Of a stretch of DNA of 64,000 bases, positions 44,647 to 55,820 are shown in pieces; positions within the stretch are counted from its first letter, which is position 1, and every line of letters begins with the position of its first letter. The notes under the pieces are model-generated. The model searched no databases. It was not told the origin of the DNA and saw only the letters and a program-made list of their open reading frames with translations. The stretch is from Rebecca billardiae RCC1528 (lineage: Eukaryota > Protista > Haptophyta): positions 1,339,883-1,403,882 of the forward strand of contig OZ251245.1 of the NCBI GenBank assembly GCA_965240325.2, written 5' to 3'. The translations under genes were made by a program, and so were the position numbers.

Positions 44647-46524
44647 TCACGCGTGGGCGCGCGCGTAGTCGTCGATGACGGCGTGCGTGAGCGAGTCGAG
44701 CCGCATGCGCACGCGCGCGAGCGCGTGCTCAGAGGTGGCGCTCAGCTTGAGCGGCTCCGCGCGGCACGCGTCGCTGCGTGCCGCGGCGGGCGCGTGCGCG
44801 GCGGGCGCGTGCGCAGTGGGCGTGGGCGGCGGGCTGGACGCCGTGTGCGGCAGCGCGCGCCCGGTCGCGTGGAAGTAGCCCTCGATCAGCGAGGGCGCGG
44901 ACACCTGCAGCACGACGTAGCTCAGGCCGCGCACCGCGGGCGGCTGCGCGCGCGGCACCGGCTGCGCAGGCTGCGGCTGCGGCTGGTGCGCGCCGCCGCC
45001 CCCGCCGCCGCCCGCCGCCCACGCGCGCGCGCCCACCAGGCCGCCGAGCCGGCGCGGGTGCGCGGCGGGCGCGGGCCGGCCGCAGCCGCCCGGCCGCGCG
45101 CCCGCCAGCGCGAGCTCGCAGCGCACGCACTCCCAGGGGCCGCACTCCGACTCACACGCGCCGTCACACACCGCGCCCTCCGCCTCCGCCTGCTCGGGCG
45201 TCGCGGGCGTGCGCACAGCGCTCGCGCCCGCCAGCGGCGCGGCGGCGGCGGCGGCGGGCGCGGCGGCGCGCGCGCGCGGCGGCGTGGGCGGGCCGGCGAG
45301 CGTGGCGCGCAGCTGGTCGCGCGCGCGCGCGCGCAGCTCGTGCAGCGGCACGCCCAGACCGATCGGGGCCGCGCCGTCGAGCGGCCTTCGCTCGAGTGCC
45401 TCCCACGCCGCGTCGACGACGGCCAGCGCGTCGACGGCGCGGCCCGCGTCTGAGAGGGTTGCGAACGCGTCCTCGAGCGTGCTCGCGCTGAGCAGCGCCG
45501 CCGAGCGCGCGCGCACCAGCTCGAGGCCGACGTGCATGAGCACGCGCGCGCCGCCCGACGGCTCGGGCTCGGGCTCGGGCGCGTGCCGGTGCGCGAGCGC
45601 GTCAGCGGGCGCGGCCGTGTCGGGCGCGGCCGTGTCGGGCTGCAGCAGCGCGCCGTCGGTGTAGAGCAGCATGTCCCACACGCGCAGCACGGCGGGCAGG
45701 TCGAAGCAGCACACGTATGCGCACACGAACCACTGCGTCGAGACCAGCGCGAGCGCGACGCCCAGCCCCTCGAGGTGCGCCGCGAGTGCGGGCATGCCGG
45801 CGTGCAGCGCCTGCTTGAGCACGAGCTGGTCTGCGACCGCGCCCTCCATGGCACGCCCGTAGTACCCGCGGAGCGCGCACCCCTGCACCATGCGCTCCAG
45901 CGTCCAGAAGGCGGCCTCCTCCGAGTCCATCACGAGCAGCAGCACCGCGCACAAGAAGTTCATCGCCTGGCAGTACCCGAGCTCGGGGCAGTAGGCGGCG
46001 TGCGCGCCGAGCACGCGCCGCAGCGCGCGCACGCCCTCGTCCTCGGGGATGCGCACCGCGCCCACGCCCGCAAACGTGCGGTGGAGGTCCTTCTCGATCT
46101 GGCGCGCGGCGACGCCGGCGGGCGGCGCGTCGGGCGCGCTGGGCGCGTTGGGCGCGCCGCCCGCCGCCAGCGCGAGCGCGTCGTACACCCCCGCGTTCGC
46201 CGGCTCGTGCATGCGCGCGCTCGCGCCCACGCACGCTCGCCAGAACGCGCCGCGCTCCGAGGCGGGCACGCCCGCGCGCACGAGCGCGCTGAGCTCGGCC
46301 GTGCGGCGCACGCGCCCGTCGGGCGGGAGCGGGTGCGTCGCCCAGTACGCGCGCCAGCGCGCCGCGTGCCGCGCCTCCTCGAGCTCCGCCGCCTCCGCCG
46401 CCGGCCGCGCGCCCGCGTGCGCGGGCTGCGCCGCCGACTTGGCCGCGCACCCGCCGGCAGACGCGGGCGGCGCGGGCTTGAGCGGCGCGTGCGCGCTCGG
46501 CGGCGCCGAGCACGCGTCGCGCGC

Positions 46525-46565
<41 letters not shown>

Positions 46566-46773
46566 GCCCGGCCGCGCGCGCGCGCGGTGCGTTGGCAGAG
46601 GGTGGGCGCTCGCGCTCGCCGTCCGAGCACACGCGCGGCGTCGGCGCGCGCGGCGGGTGCGCGGCGGACGCGGCGGGCGGGGCCTCCTCGTCGAGGAGCC
46701 ACTCCATCGCGTACGCCAGCTTGGACACGAGGCGGGAGGTCCACGAGTCGTCGTCGTCCACGATCTCGGGCAT
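44647..46773 (-). CDS. TBC-domain Rab GTPase-activating protein
   Basis: LVRAGVPASERGAFW, QIEKDLHRTF (Arg finger), GYCQAMNF (Gln finger), EEAAFW, QWFVC...LRVWD. Confidence 0.92.
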
Positions 46774-47892
46774 GGCGGCCCGCGGCCCGCGGCTGGCGGG
46801 CGCGGCGCGCGCCGCGCGCCGGCGCGCGCGCGTGAGCGGGCGCGCACGCGCGCGGCGCGGCCCGCGCGCGGAGGGGCGCGCGGACGCCGCGCGCGCGCGG
46901 CCGCGCGCCGCGCGCGCGCGCGCGCGCACTCTCGCGCGCGTGTGCGACTCTCGCCGCGCCCCCCTTGCGCCCGCCCGCCGGTGCCCGGCAATAGTCCGCA
47001 GCGGCAGGGGTGAGGCGGACGGGCTCGCCTTTCCGCACAGCGCAGCCCACACTCCGCGGCCGGAACGACTAAGCCCGCCGCTCGGCGGGCGCAGCCAATC
47101 AGCGGCAAGGTCAATCGCGCAGGCCTTTATCTACCCGGCGGATCGCAAGTGGTATTTATTCATACGGCATTGCGTGCGATGAATGATAGGGGTGGCACCC
47201 GCGCGACACTGCTAGTCGAGAGGAGGCTCTTGCACTTATGCGACCAATAATGCCGATGACGAGCCGCATAGGGGGGAAACGGCCGCTGCGTGCTGAGCGG
47301 CGCCTTGATGAGAGGCGCATCAGCCGACACGTGGGCCGGTCGTAGACGTCAGTACGTGCTGCGGACAGCTGGTCGCCGCTGACACAAACTGTGACGTCAT
47401 GCAGGTGACAGACGGCATTCGAATGCATTGTTATCGTGAAGGCTGACGAACGTGCCGCGCACTGAGCAGAGCCGCGCAACCAGGCTGCCGGACTATGCCT
47501 GCGGAGTGCGGGCCGGTCGACGACCGGTGGCGGCGCCGAGCGCTGGGCACCAGCCAGCCAGCTAAAGCTTGCGCACGTCACGGTCACGTCACGGTCACTG
47601 TCGTCACGGGGCCGGCGCGCGCGCGGACAGGGCCGTCGCGCCGCGCGCTGGCCCGGCCGTGCCACGCCCACTGCTCGCCAGCTGCCCGCTGCAGCCCCCT
47701 GCCCCGTGCACGCGCGGGCGTCCGGCCGACGCCGCGCTGAGACCCATCCCATTCGGGTGGCAGCTCGCGGCGACAGCGTCGGGCCGGGCGGCAGCTGGGC
47801 CGGGCGGCAGCTGCTCGCACCGCCCCCCCCACCCACGCCGCCCGCGCGGCGCCCGCCGGCTGAGCGGCGCAGCGGCGCAGCGGCCCGGAGGC

Positions 47893-49992
47893 TCAGCGGC
47901 GCGCATCTCTCGCGCGCCGCTCGCGCTCCATGTCCTCGCGCTCGCGCTCGCGCTCGCGCGCGCTCAGGCCGGCCGGGCCGCCGCGTGGCGCCCAGGCGCG
48001 GCCGGGCGCGCCGCGCGGCGGCGGCGAGATGGACCGACCGCGGCCGCCGCCGCCCGCGCGGCCGCGCGGCGGGAGCGGCGAGGGCGAGGGCGGGCGGCGC
48101 GGGCGCAGCGGCGGTGGGCTGCGCGGCGGCGGGCTGCGCGACCACCCGCCGCGCCGCTCGGCGCGCGGCCCACGGTACCGCCGCTCGCGCGAGCGCGAGC
48201 GCGAGCGGCCGCGGCCGCGGCTGCGGCTGCGGCTGCGGCTGCGGCTGCGGCTGTAGCTGTGCGAGCGCGGCGGCGGGCTGCGCGGCGGCGGGCTGCGCGA
48301 GCGCGAGGAGGAGCGCGATCGCCCGGCACCGCGCTCGCGCTCCACCCAGCGCGGCCCGGCGCCCGGCGCGCGGCCCGGCGGCGGCAGCCGCTCGGGCGGC
48401 GGCGGCCCGGCGCGCGCGCGCCGCCGCGCCGCGCCGGGCGGCGAGCGCGTGCGCACCCACACGCCTGCGCCGCCGCCGCCGTGCGCGCGCGGCGGCGGCG
48501 CGCGCGGGTGCGAGCGCGAGCGCGAGCGCCAGCGCTTCGGGGAGGAGGAGCGGCTGCGGGAGGCGGAGCGCGCGGGGCGCGCGCCGGCGCGGCCCACGCC
48601 CGGCGATTCGGACGGGCGGCGCGCGCGCGCGCCGCCGCGGCCGCGCGGCGAGCGCGGGCGCTCGCGCTCGCGCTCGCGCGCCGCGCGCGCCGCGCCCCCC
48701 GGCGGCGGCGGCGGCGGCGGCCCGCCGCCGCGCGCGCCGCCGCCGCCGCCCGCCGCGCCCCCCGGCGGCGGCGGCGGCGGCGGCGGCTGCGGCGGCGGCG
48801 CCGCGCGCCCGGCGGCGTCCGCCGCGTCCGCCGCGGGCGCGGCGGGCGCGGCGTGCGGCGGCGCGTCGGGCGGCGCCGTGCGGCGCGGGCGCGCCGGCTG
48901 CAGCGCGGCCGCCCACTCGGCCCAGCCCGCGCGGCCGCCGACCCAGCCGACGCCGACGCGGCGCACGGCGATCGGCTCGCGCAGCTCGAGCAGCGCGCGC
49001 AGCTGCTCCTGCGACAGCTCGCCCATCGCGTCCCACCACTCGCCGAACTCGGCGTCGTCCTCCTCCGCGTGCGGCGGGCGCAGCTTGGCGCGCAGCCGCA
49101 CGAGCTTGCCCTCGGCGTGCAGCCCCTCGAGCCGCGCGCCCAGCGGGCTGCCGACGCAGCCGCCGCGGGCGGAGGGCGCGGGCGCGGCGCGGGGCGGCGC
49201 GCCGCCGTGCTGCGAGCCCGACGCCGACGCCTCCGCGCCGCCGGCCGGCGGCTCGAGCTGGGCCGCCGCCGAGCCGTTGGGCGCGGGCGCGGCCGGGCGG
49301 CGGCCGCGCGCGCCGCGCCGCCGCGCGTCGCGGCCGCGCTCGCGCTTGGGCGGCCGCGGCGCGCCGGAGAGGATCTCGGAGACGGTGGGCGACGAGTCGA
49401 TCGACGAGCCGAGCGAGAGCGGCGGCGACGAGCCCGCCGACGCCGGGTGCGAGCGCTCCGCCGAGCCGAGCGCGAGCCAGCTGCCGCCGTCGAGCGAGCC
49501 GCCGGCCTCGTCTGCGTCCGCGTCCGCGCCGTCCGCGCCGTCCGCGTCGGCGGCGGCGGACGGGTCGTCGTCGCGCACCTGGCGCTCGGCGGTGCGCAGC
49601 ACGTCTTCGTCGAACACGCGCAGCTTGCGCCACCTGCTCAGCACGCTCTGCACCTTGCGCGCCGCGTGCGCCTGCTCGCGCGCCGAGCCGTCGCCGCCGA
49701 GCGCGACGCGGATCGCGACCGCGAGGTTGGCCTGGAAGCCCTGGAGGCAGCGCTCGAGGCGCTTGGCCTTGGCCTTCTGGCACACCTCGGCGAGCACGTA
49801 GAAGAGCGGCAGCCGCTGCGCCGCCGCCGTCCCCGCCATGCGCGTGACGAGGTCGCCGAGCAGCTCGGCGATCGTCTCCTCGTCGCGCACGTCCGTGATG
49901 AACGCGGCGGCGCGCTGCACGCGCTCCTTCGAGTCGGAGAGGCCCTGCAGCTGCCGCTCCAGCTTCTGCAGCAGGCTCGGGTCGAGCGGCAT
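47893..49992 (-). CDS. CID (Pol II CTD-interacting domain) protein with a Pro-rich and RS/RSPPP low-complexity tail
   Basis: LQGLSDSKERVQRAAAF...RLPLFYVLAEVCQKAK...KVQSVLSRWRKLRVF matches the CID pattern; C-terminal RSRSRS and RSPPP repeats. Confidence 0.8.
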   Translation of the reverse strand: MPLDPSLLQKLERQLQGLSDSKERVQRAAAFITDVRDEETIAELLGDLVTRMAGTAAAQRLPLFYVLAEVCQKAKAKRLERCLQGFQANLAVAIRVALGGDGSAREQAHAARKVQSVLSRWRKLRVFDEDVLRTAERQVRDDDPSAAADADGADGADADADEAGGSLDGGSWLALGSAERSHPASAGSSPPLSLGSSIDSSPTVSEILSGAPRPPKRERGRDARRRGARGRRPAAPAPNGSAAAQLEPPAGGAEASASGSQHGGAPPRAAPAPSARGGCVGSPLGARLEGLHAEGKLVRLRAKLRPPHAEEDDAEFGEWWDAMGELSQEQLRALLELREPIAVRRVGVGWVGGRAGWAEWAAALQPARPRRTAPPDAPPHAAPAAPAADAADAAGRAAPPPQPPPPPPPPGGAAGGGGGARGGGPPPPPPPGGAARAARERERERPRSPRGRGGARARRPSESPGVGRAGARPARSASRSRSSSPKRWRSRSRSHPRAPPPRAHGGGGAGVWVRTRSPPGAARRRARAGPPPPERLPPPGRAPGAGPRWVERERGAGRSRSSSRSRSPPPRSPPPRSHSYSRSRSRSRSRSRGRGRSRSRSRERRYRGPRAERRGGWSRSPPPRSPPPLRPRRPPSPSPLPPRGRAGGGGRGRSISPPPRGAPGRAWAPRGGPAGLSAREREREREDMERERRARDARR

Positions 49993-50240
49993 CGCGCCGC
50001 CCCTCGCGCGGCGCCGCCGCGGGCCTGGCGCGCGCGCCTTCGCTCCGCCCCGGCTGCAGCCCCGCTCGGCGTGCGCCCTTGCCCTGCCCTTGAAGGCGTG
50101 CGCCGCCACTGCTGCCGTGTGCTTGCGAGCGCCTCCGCGTCGAGGTTCCTAGCAGAGTCCGGCCGGCATCGGCACGCGACTCTCGGGCCCGGATCCACAG
50201 CAGAGCTTCAGCTTTTACGGCCGGCGGCGGCGTCGGCGCC

Positions 50241-51539
50241 ATGCGGCTCCTCGTGCTCGCGCTCGAGTTCGCCGAGCCGGTGTTCTCGGGCAACGGCGTG
50301 TACGCGCGCGAGCTGGCGCACGCGCTGCTCGACCGCGGCTGCGAGCTGCTCGTCGTCTGCGGCGGCCCGACGCCGCTGCCCGACGGCGCGCCGCTGCCGG
50401 CGCGGCTGGGCGGCTCGCGCGCGCTGCGGCTCGAGCGGCTCGCGCTGCCGAGCTGGGGCCGGCTGGACGTGCACTCGGCGTGGCGCGAGTTCGCGCAGCT
50501 CGCCGCCGAGCGCGCCGCGCCCGCCGTCGCCGCGTTCGCGCCGCACGCCACGCTCGCCGTCGACTGGACGGGCGTGCATGCCGCGCGCGCGCTGCGGCTC
50601 GCGCCGCCGCTCGGCGGCGGCGCCGCGCCGCCGGCGGCGCCGCCGCTGGTGTTCCTGTGCTTCCGCGTCTTCTCGTCGTCGCAGGGCGTGGACGACGACG
50701 CGCGGCGGCACTACCTCGAGCACGAGGCGGCGGCGGTGCGCGCGTCCGCGCTGAGTCTCGCGTGCTCGTCCGTGGACGCGCGGCTGCTCACGCAGCTCGC
50801 GCGCGGCGCGCGCCCCGTCGTCGCGCTCAACCCGCCGATCCGCGGCGAGATGGTCGCGCTCGCCGAGGCGGCCGCGTCCGACCCCTCGCCCCCGGCGCGC
50901 TCGCTCCTCGTCTGCGCCTGCCGCCTCTCCGCCGAGAAGAACGTGCGGCTGTACGTGGAGGCGGTGGCGCACGCGGCGGGCGCGCTCGCGCAGCTCGGGA
51001 TCACGCCCGTCCTCGCGGGCGCGGGGCCGGACGCCGAGCTGACGCGCGAGCTGCACGCACGGCTGCGCGCCGCCGTGCCCTCCGCGCAGATCCACCCCTT
51101 CCTCCCCGCGCGCGAGCTCGGCGCGCTCTTCTCGCGCGCGCTGCTGCACGTGCACGCGTCCGCGTACGAGGCGTACGGCATGGCGGCGCTCGAGGCGGCG
51201 GCGATGGGCGCGCCCACGCTGCTCGACGGCGGCGGGCAGATCGGCGCGACGGACGTGCTGGTGCCGCCCGGCGCGGCGTTCACCGCGCCGATGCGCGAGC
51301 CGCGCGCCCTCGCCGACGCGCTGCGCGCGCTGCTGCCCGAGCTGCAGCGCGCGCACGCGGCGGGCGCCGAGCACCCGGTCGCGGCGGCCGCGCGGCGCGC
51401 GGCGCTCGGCTGGCGGCTCGAGCACGTGGGCGAGCGGCTGCACGGCCTGCTCGCGAGCGTCGTCGGCGGCGGCGCGCCCGCCGCGTGCGAGGGTCCGCCG
51501 GCCGAGGCTGGCGGCGGGGAGCTTGACGCGAAGTCCTAA
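50241..51539 (+). CDS. Glycosyltransferase family 4 (GT-B fold)
   Basis: SGNGVYARELAHAL N-terminal motif, CRLSAEKN, and SAYEAYGMAALEAAAMGAP (EX7E). Confidence 0.88.
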   Translation: MRLLVLALEFAEPVFSGNGVYARELAHALLDRGCELLVVCGGPTPLPDGAPLPARLGGSRALRLERLALPSWGRLDVHSAWREFAQLAAERAAPAVAAFAPHATLAVDWTGVHAARALRLAPPLGGGAAPPAAPPLVFLCFRVFSSSQGVDDDARRHYLEHEAAAVRASALSLACSSVDARLLTQLARGARPVVALNPPIRGEMVALAEAAASDPSPPARSLLVCACRLSAEKNVRLYVEAVAHAAGALAQLGITPVLAGAGPDAELTRELHARLRAAVPSAQIHPFLPARELGALFSRALLHVHASAYEAYGMAALEAAAMGAPTLLDGGGQIGATDVLVPPGAAFTAPMREPRALADALRALLPELQRAHAAGAEHPVAAAARRAALGWRLEHVGERLHGLLASVVGGGAPAACEGPPAEAGGGELDAKS

Positions 51540-51743
51540 CAAGAGCTATAGCTTAGTACTAGTAGGAGGAGGAGGGGCAAGCTGTAAGTGTATGAGGCGA
51601 CTGAGTAGAGCAGAATGACTACTGTACCGACGAAACGCGCGCTTATATTCCGCTTTTCCTTCGGCTGGAGGAATCTCAAGGTCGCGAGCGGTCAGCCGCC
51701 CGCGGCAACTTCCGCCACCGGGATCTAAGCGCCGCCGCCGGCA

Positions 51744-53076
51744 ATGACGTCGAGGGGCGCGGCGGGCTCCGCGGCCGGGCCGAGGCGCCTCGCGCGGCTG
51801 GGCAGCGCGCTGCTGGCGCTCGGCACCCTCCTCCTCCTCCTGCCGCGCGACGCGCCCGCGCCCTCCGCGCGCATCGTCGTCGACCCGCTCGGCGACGGGC
51901 TCGCGCCGAGCGCATGCGCGCACGTGCCGCGCACGCGCGGCCTCGAGAAGGTGGCGTCGGCATGCAACTGCACGGCCACGTCGTGGTGCTCGCTGGTCTG
52001 CGCGTGCCCCTCCGGCCCGAGCTCGCCGCCCGTGTGGAGCGCGTGCGACCTCAGCCTCTGCGACCACGTCGACGTCGCGCCGCGGCTGGCGGGCGGCGGC
52101 GCGCTCGCCGCGCCGCACGTGCGCGCGCACGAGCTGATGTGCCGCTCGGCGGCGCCGGACGGCCTGGGCGTCGCGACGTGCCGGCGGCGCCAGCCGCCCG
52201 CGCGCCTCGCGCCGCCGGCGGCCGCGCCCGCCGCCGCGCCGCCCGTGCCCGCGCCGCCGCCGTCGCCCTCGGCGAGCGCGCCGCCGCCGCCCGGCCTGGC
52301 GTCCAACCCGTTCGCCGCGCCCGCGCGCTCGGCGGCCGGGCCGTTCGAGTACGCGCGCGTGTACACCGACGGGCTGCTGCTCGAGTGGACCGTGCCGCCG
52401 CGCGCCGACTGGTGCGTGCGCGCGCTCGCGCCCGACGGCAGCGCCGCGCCCGTCGACGACGCGGGCGCGGCCGGCGGTGGCGCGGGCAGCGGCAGCGTGA
52501 GCGGCTGCGGCGCGCAGCTGCAGCCGAGCACGGCCGCGATCGGCGCGGCGCGCGGGCGGCACGCGCTGCGCTGCGTGGTGCGCGGGCTGCAGCCGGGCGT
52601 CGAGTGGCGCGTGGCGCTGCACGCGCGCTGCGCGCCGGGCAGCGCGGGCGAGCTCGTGTACGAGGCGCCGCCGATGCTGGTCGGGCCGGCGGGCGCGCAG
52701 TGCGGCGGCGCGGACGACCAGCGGCTCATGTTCGGCAGCGGCTGGCTGGGCGGCGTCAACCAGTGCGGGCACTCGTGCTGGGGCAAGGGCGCGTGCTCGG
52801 CCGACTGCCTGCGCAAGCTCGGGCTGAGCAAGGGCTGCGCCAAGTGCTGGGGCGACGTCGTCGGCTGCGGCGCGTGGCACTGCTGGTGCGCGCCGCGCGC
52901 GCGCGTGCGCGCGCGCCGCCGCCTCCGCGGCTCACGCCCCCCCGCGCCCCTCCCGTGGCAGGAACACGTGCATGTTCGGGCAGGAGTCGGACAGGTGCAA
53001 GCAGTGCGGCCGCGAGCACTGCCAGGCGGACTTTGCGCAGTGCGTGGGCGACGTGCCCATGCCGGAGGACGCGTGA
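51744..53076 (+). CDS. Membrane-anchored or secreted protein with an FN3-like region and a C-terminal Cys-rich domain; intron 52886-52961
   Basis: N-terminal hydrophobic anchor; TDGLLLEWTVP...VVRGLQPGVEWRVALHA (FN3-like); spliced C-terminus CGHSCWGKGACSADCL...CAKCWGDVVGCGAWHCW|NTCMFGQESDRCKQCGREHCQADFAQCVG; TGA at 53074-53076. Confidence 0.75.
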
Positions 53077-53268
53077 GCGCGCTCGGTTATGAGTCGGTAA
53101 GAATGACTACGCGGGCTCAATAAATCATCAAAGAAAAGCCGCGCGTAATGATTCGTTTTCGATGGAAATTCGCCCGGCTCTGCCAGGCTGCTGCAGCGGT
53201 TCCGTGTGCGTTACTCTCAGCGGCAGCTGGGCGCTGCCGCAGCTTGTGGGGGGGGCTGCTCGGCACCG

Positions 53269-54093
53269 ATGGGCGCGGCGCGGCGAATGCTCGCGCTGTG
53301 CGCGCTGGCGCTGCTCGCCGCGAGCGGCCGAGCGATGCCCTCGCTGGACCGCGTGCTCGACCGCCTGAAGACGGGCACGCCCGCGCAGTCCGCCGACGCG
53401 ATGGCGCGGCTCGCGCAGTTTGCGGCAGACCCGATGTTTGACGTCGGCATGGTGCGCGACTGCCTGCCCGTCGTCGTGCGCGCGGTGCGGGCGGGCACGG
53501 CGGAACAACAGGAGAAGGCGGCGGGGTTCCTGCTCAACCTCGCCTCCGTGCCGCGCAACCGCGAGGTGATGGTGCACCACTTCGCCATCAAGCCGCTCGT
53601 CGACCTGCTGCGGCACGACGCGACCACGAGCCCCGCCGCCAAGCGGCGCGCGGCGGGCGCGCTGCAGAACCTGTCGGCGTACCCGCCGGCGCGCGTGGCG
53701 ATCGCCAAGGTGGGCGGGATCGGCGTGCTCATCGCCGCCGCGCGGCACTACCCGATCCCGTGCCACGCGACGCTGCACAACATTGCGCAGCACCGCGACC
53801 TCAAGGCGATCATGCTCGAGAAGGGCTACGCGCCGCGCGGCACCACCTTCGACCCGGCGAAGGACACGGAGGGCGACGAGCGGCCGCGCGAGGTGCGCCA
53901 GGTGTACTTCCGCCGCGAGCCCGGCTTCGTCCGCCCGCCCAAGGCGGAGGTGGTCTACCGCTCGACCGAGTACATCGTGGACGAGCGCGGCGTGCACGAG
54001 CGGCGCAAGGGCAAGCTCAAGCCGAGCGAGCTGCCGCCGCCCGGCTCGCCGCGCCCGCCGCGCGTGCGCGCGAACCTCTTCCCGTCGTCCTGA
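53269..54093 (+). CDS. Armadillo-repeat protein with an N-terminal signal peptide
   Basis: MGAARRMLALCALALLAASGRA; ARM repeats QQEKAAGFLLNLA, AIKPLVDLLR..AKRRAAGALQNLS, IAKVGGIGVLI. Confidence 0.8.
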   Translation: MGAARRMLALCALALLAASGRAMPSLDRVLDRLKTGTPAQSADAMARLAQFAADPMFDVGMVRDCLPVVVRAVRAGTAEQQEKAAGFLLNLASVPRNREVMVHHFAIKPLVDLLRHDATTSPAAKRRAAGALQNLSAYPPARVAIAKVGGIGVLIAAARHYPIPCHATLHNIAQHRDLKAIMLEKGYAPRGTTFDPAKDTEGDERPREVRQVYFRREPGFVRPPKAEVVYRSTEYIVDERGVHERRKGKLKPSELPPPGSPRPPRVRANLFPSS

Positions 54094-54474
54094 GCGCGGC
54101 GCCGCCGCGCGCGCGCCGGCCGCGCCGGCCGCGCCCTGCCGGCAGCCGCCCCGCCGACCCCCGCCGTCGGCTGCGAGGCGGAGCGGCTGGCTCAGTCGCG
54201 GGCGCGGCGTCGGCGGTGACACTCAAAGTGCAAGTGAGAGAGAGACGTGAGATTCGGAGGGGCCCCGGCGGTGGCGCTCGCGGCGCTACTCCGCGACGCC
54301 CGCCGGCGGCATCCGCAGGTGATGCAGGCGCATCCTGCGCATGCCTATGATACGACCTTGATATGTCACAATTTTTAGACATATTCATTTTTTCAAAAAA
54401 TCACCCATCAGCGCAGCCAGACGACGATGGCGGCGGCGTGAGGCGTGAGCGACTCTACAGCTTGAGGCACGTAC

Positions 54475-55653
54475 ATGGCGCGCCCGCGGGCGGGCGCCGT
54501 CGGGCACGAGGGCGCGCGCGGCGACGAGCGCGCGCCGCTCGGCCGCGCGCGCCGCCGCGGCGGCCCCGGCGGCGCGGCGTGCGCGCGCTGCTGGCGGCGC
54601 GCGCGCCGCGTCGCGCTGGGCGTCGCGCTCGCGCTCGCGCCGCTGGGCGCGCTGCGCGCGCTGCGCGAGCGCGGCATCCTGCTGAACCGGCCGGCGCGCG
54701 TGTGGCGCGAGCGGCAGCTGCTCGTCGTCGGCTTCATGGGCTCCGGCACGCGGCAGACCGTGCGCGAGCTCGGCCGCCTCGGCCTCGAGCTCGCGCACGA
54801 GGGCAGCGGCGGCGTGCACGGCTCGGTCTCGTGGCTGCACGCGCTGCGCTACCTGGAAGACCCCGCCGGGCCGAACGCGTCCACGCTGTGCGCGCGGCCG
54901 AGCGCGGCGATGGCGTGGCACCCGGGGCTGCTCGAGCCGGGGCACTGCCCCGGCAGCGGGCGCACCGGCGGCTGGGACGCGTGCTGGGACGCCAAGTGCG
55001 GCGGCGTGCTCGAGCGGCAGTACGGGTGCGAGCTGCACGCGCACGCGCACCGCGCGCGCTGCCTGCCGCGCTACCGGCGCACGCTGCTGCAGGTGCGCCA
55101 CCCGCTGCGCACGCTCGCGTCGTGCGCGCGCGCCTTCTGCGCCGCGGGCGACGCGCGCGCGCCCGCCGCCACCGCGCCGCTGCTGCGCACCGCGCGCGCG
55201 CTGCTGCCGTCGCTCGGCGCGTGGGCGCAACCGCCGCCGCGCGCGGCCGCGCCGCCGTGCGCCGGCGCGTTCGCCGCGCTCTGGGTCGAGCTGCACGCGG
55301 CGATGCTGCGCGCGCTGCCCGAGGCCGGGTGGTACCGCGTGGAGGACACGCCGCCGTGCGCCCTCGCGCGCCGCGCCGGCTTCCTCGACGCGGGCGGCCC
55401 GTTCGCGCGGAGCGAGCCGGCGGCGCACGCGAGCGCCGCGGCCGCGTGCGCCGCCGCGCCGCCCGCCGCGCCGCCGGCGCGCGCGGCGCGCGCGCAGCCG
55501 CACGGCGAGGTGAACCGGCACAACGTGGACGGGCTGGCGCTCACGTACGCGGACGTCGAGGCGCTCGCCGGCCGCGAGGTGCGCGAGCGCATGGAGGCGC
55601 TCGCGCGCGCCTTTGGCTACGACGACGGCGCCGGGCCCGCGGCGGCGGCCTGA
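54475..55653 (+). CDS. Type II membrane sulfotransferase-like (P-loop) protein
   Basis: N-terminal TM segment; LLVVGFMGSGT (5'-PSB-like), LGLELAHE..GSVSW, LLQVRHPLRTLAS (3'-PB-like), WYRVED. Confidence 0.7.
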   Translation: MARPRAGAVGHEGARGDERAPLGRARRRGGPGGAACARCWRRARRVALGVALALAPLGALRALRERGILLNRPARVWRERQLLVVGFMGSGTRQTVRELGRLGLELAHEGSGGVHGSVSWLHALRYLEDPAGPNASTLCARPSAAMAWHPGLLEPGHCPGSGRTGGWDACWDAKCGGVLERQYGCELHAHAHRARCLPRYRRTLLQVRHPLRTLASCARAFCAAGDARAPAATAPLLRTARALLPSLGAWAQPPPRAAAPPCAGAFAALWVELHAAMLRALPEAGWYRVEDTPPCALARRAGFLDAGGPFARSEPAAHASAAAACAAAPPAAPPARAARAQPHGEVNRHNVDGLALTYADVEALAGREVRERMEALARAFGYDDGAGPAAAA

Positions 55654-55820
55654 GCCTCCGCGCCGCCGAATCGATCTCGTGCTGATCCGATCTCTCAGCT
55701 TCAAGCTGGCCAGGGGTATACAGTAGCGCATCAAAATCTGAGAACAGTCATACTTGATACTGCATGTATGTATGTACTACTAGAAGCCGCGAGATCCCGA
55801 CGAGGCAAGGGAAATTAAGG

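Noticed and set aside
47156-50754. 1131-aa and 1061-aa ORFs overlapping the CID gene
   Set aside because: Alternative-frame or antisense shadows of the CID/RS gene and GT4.
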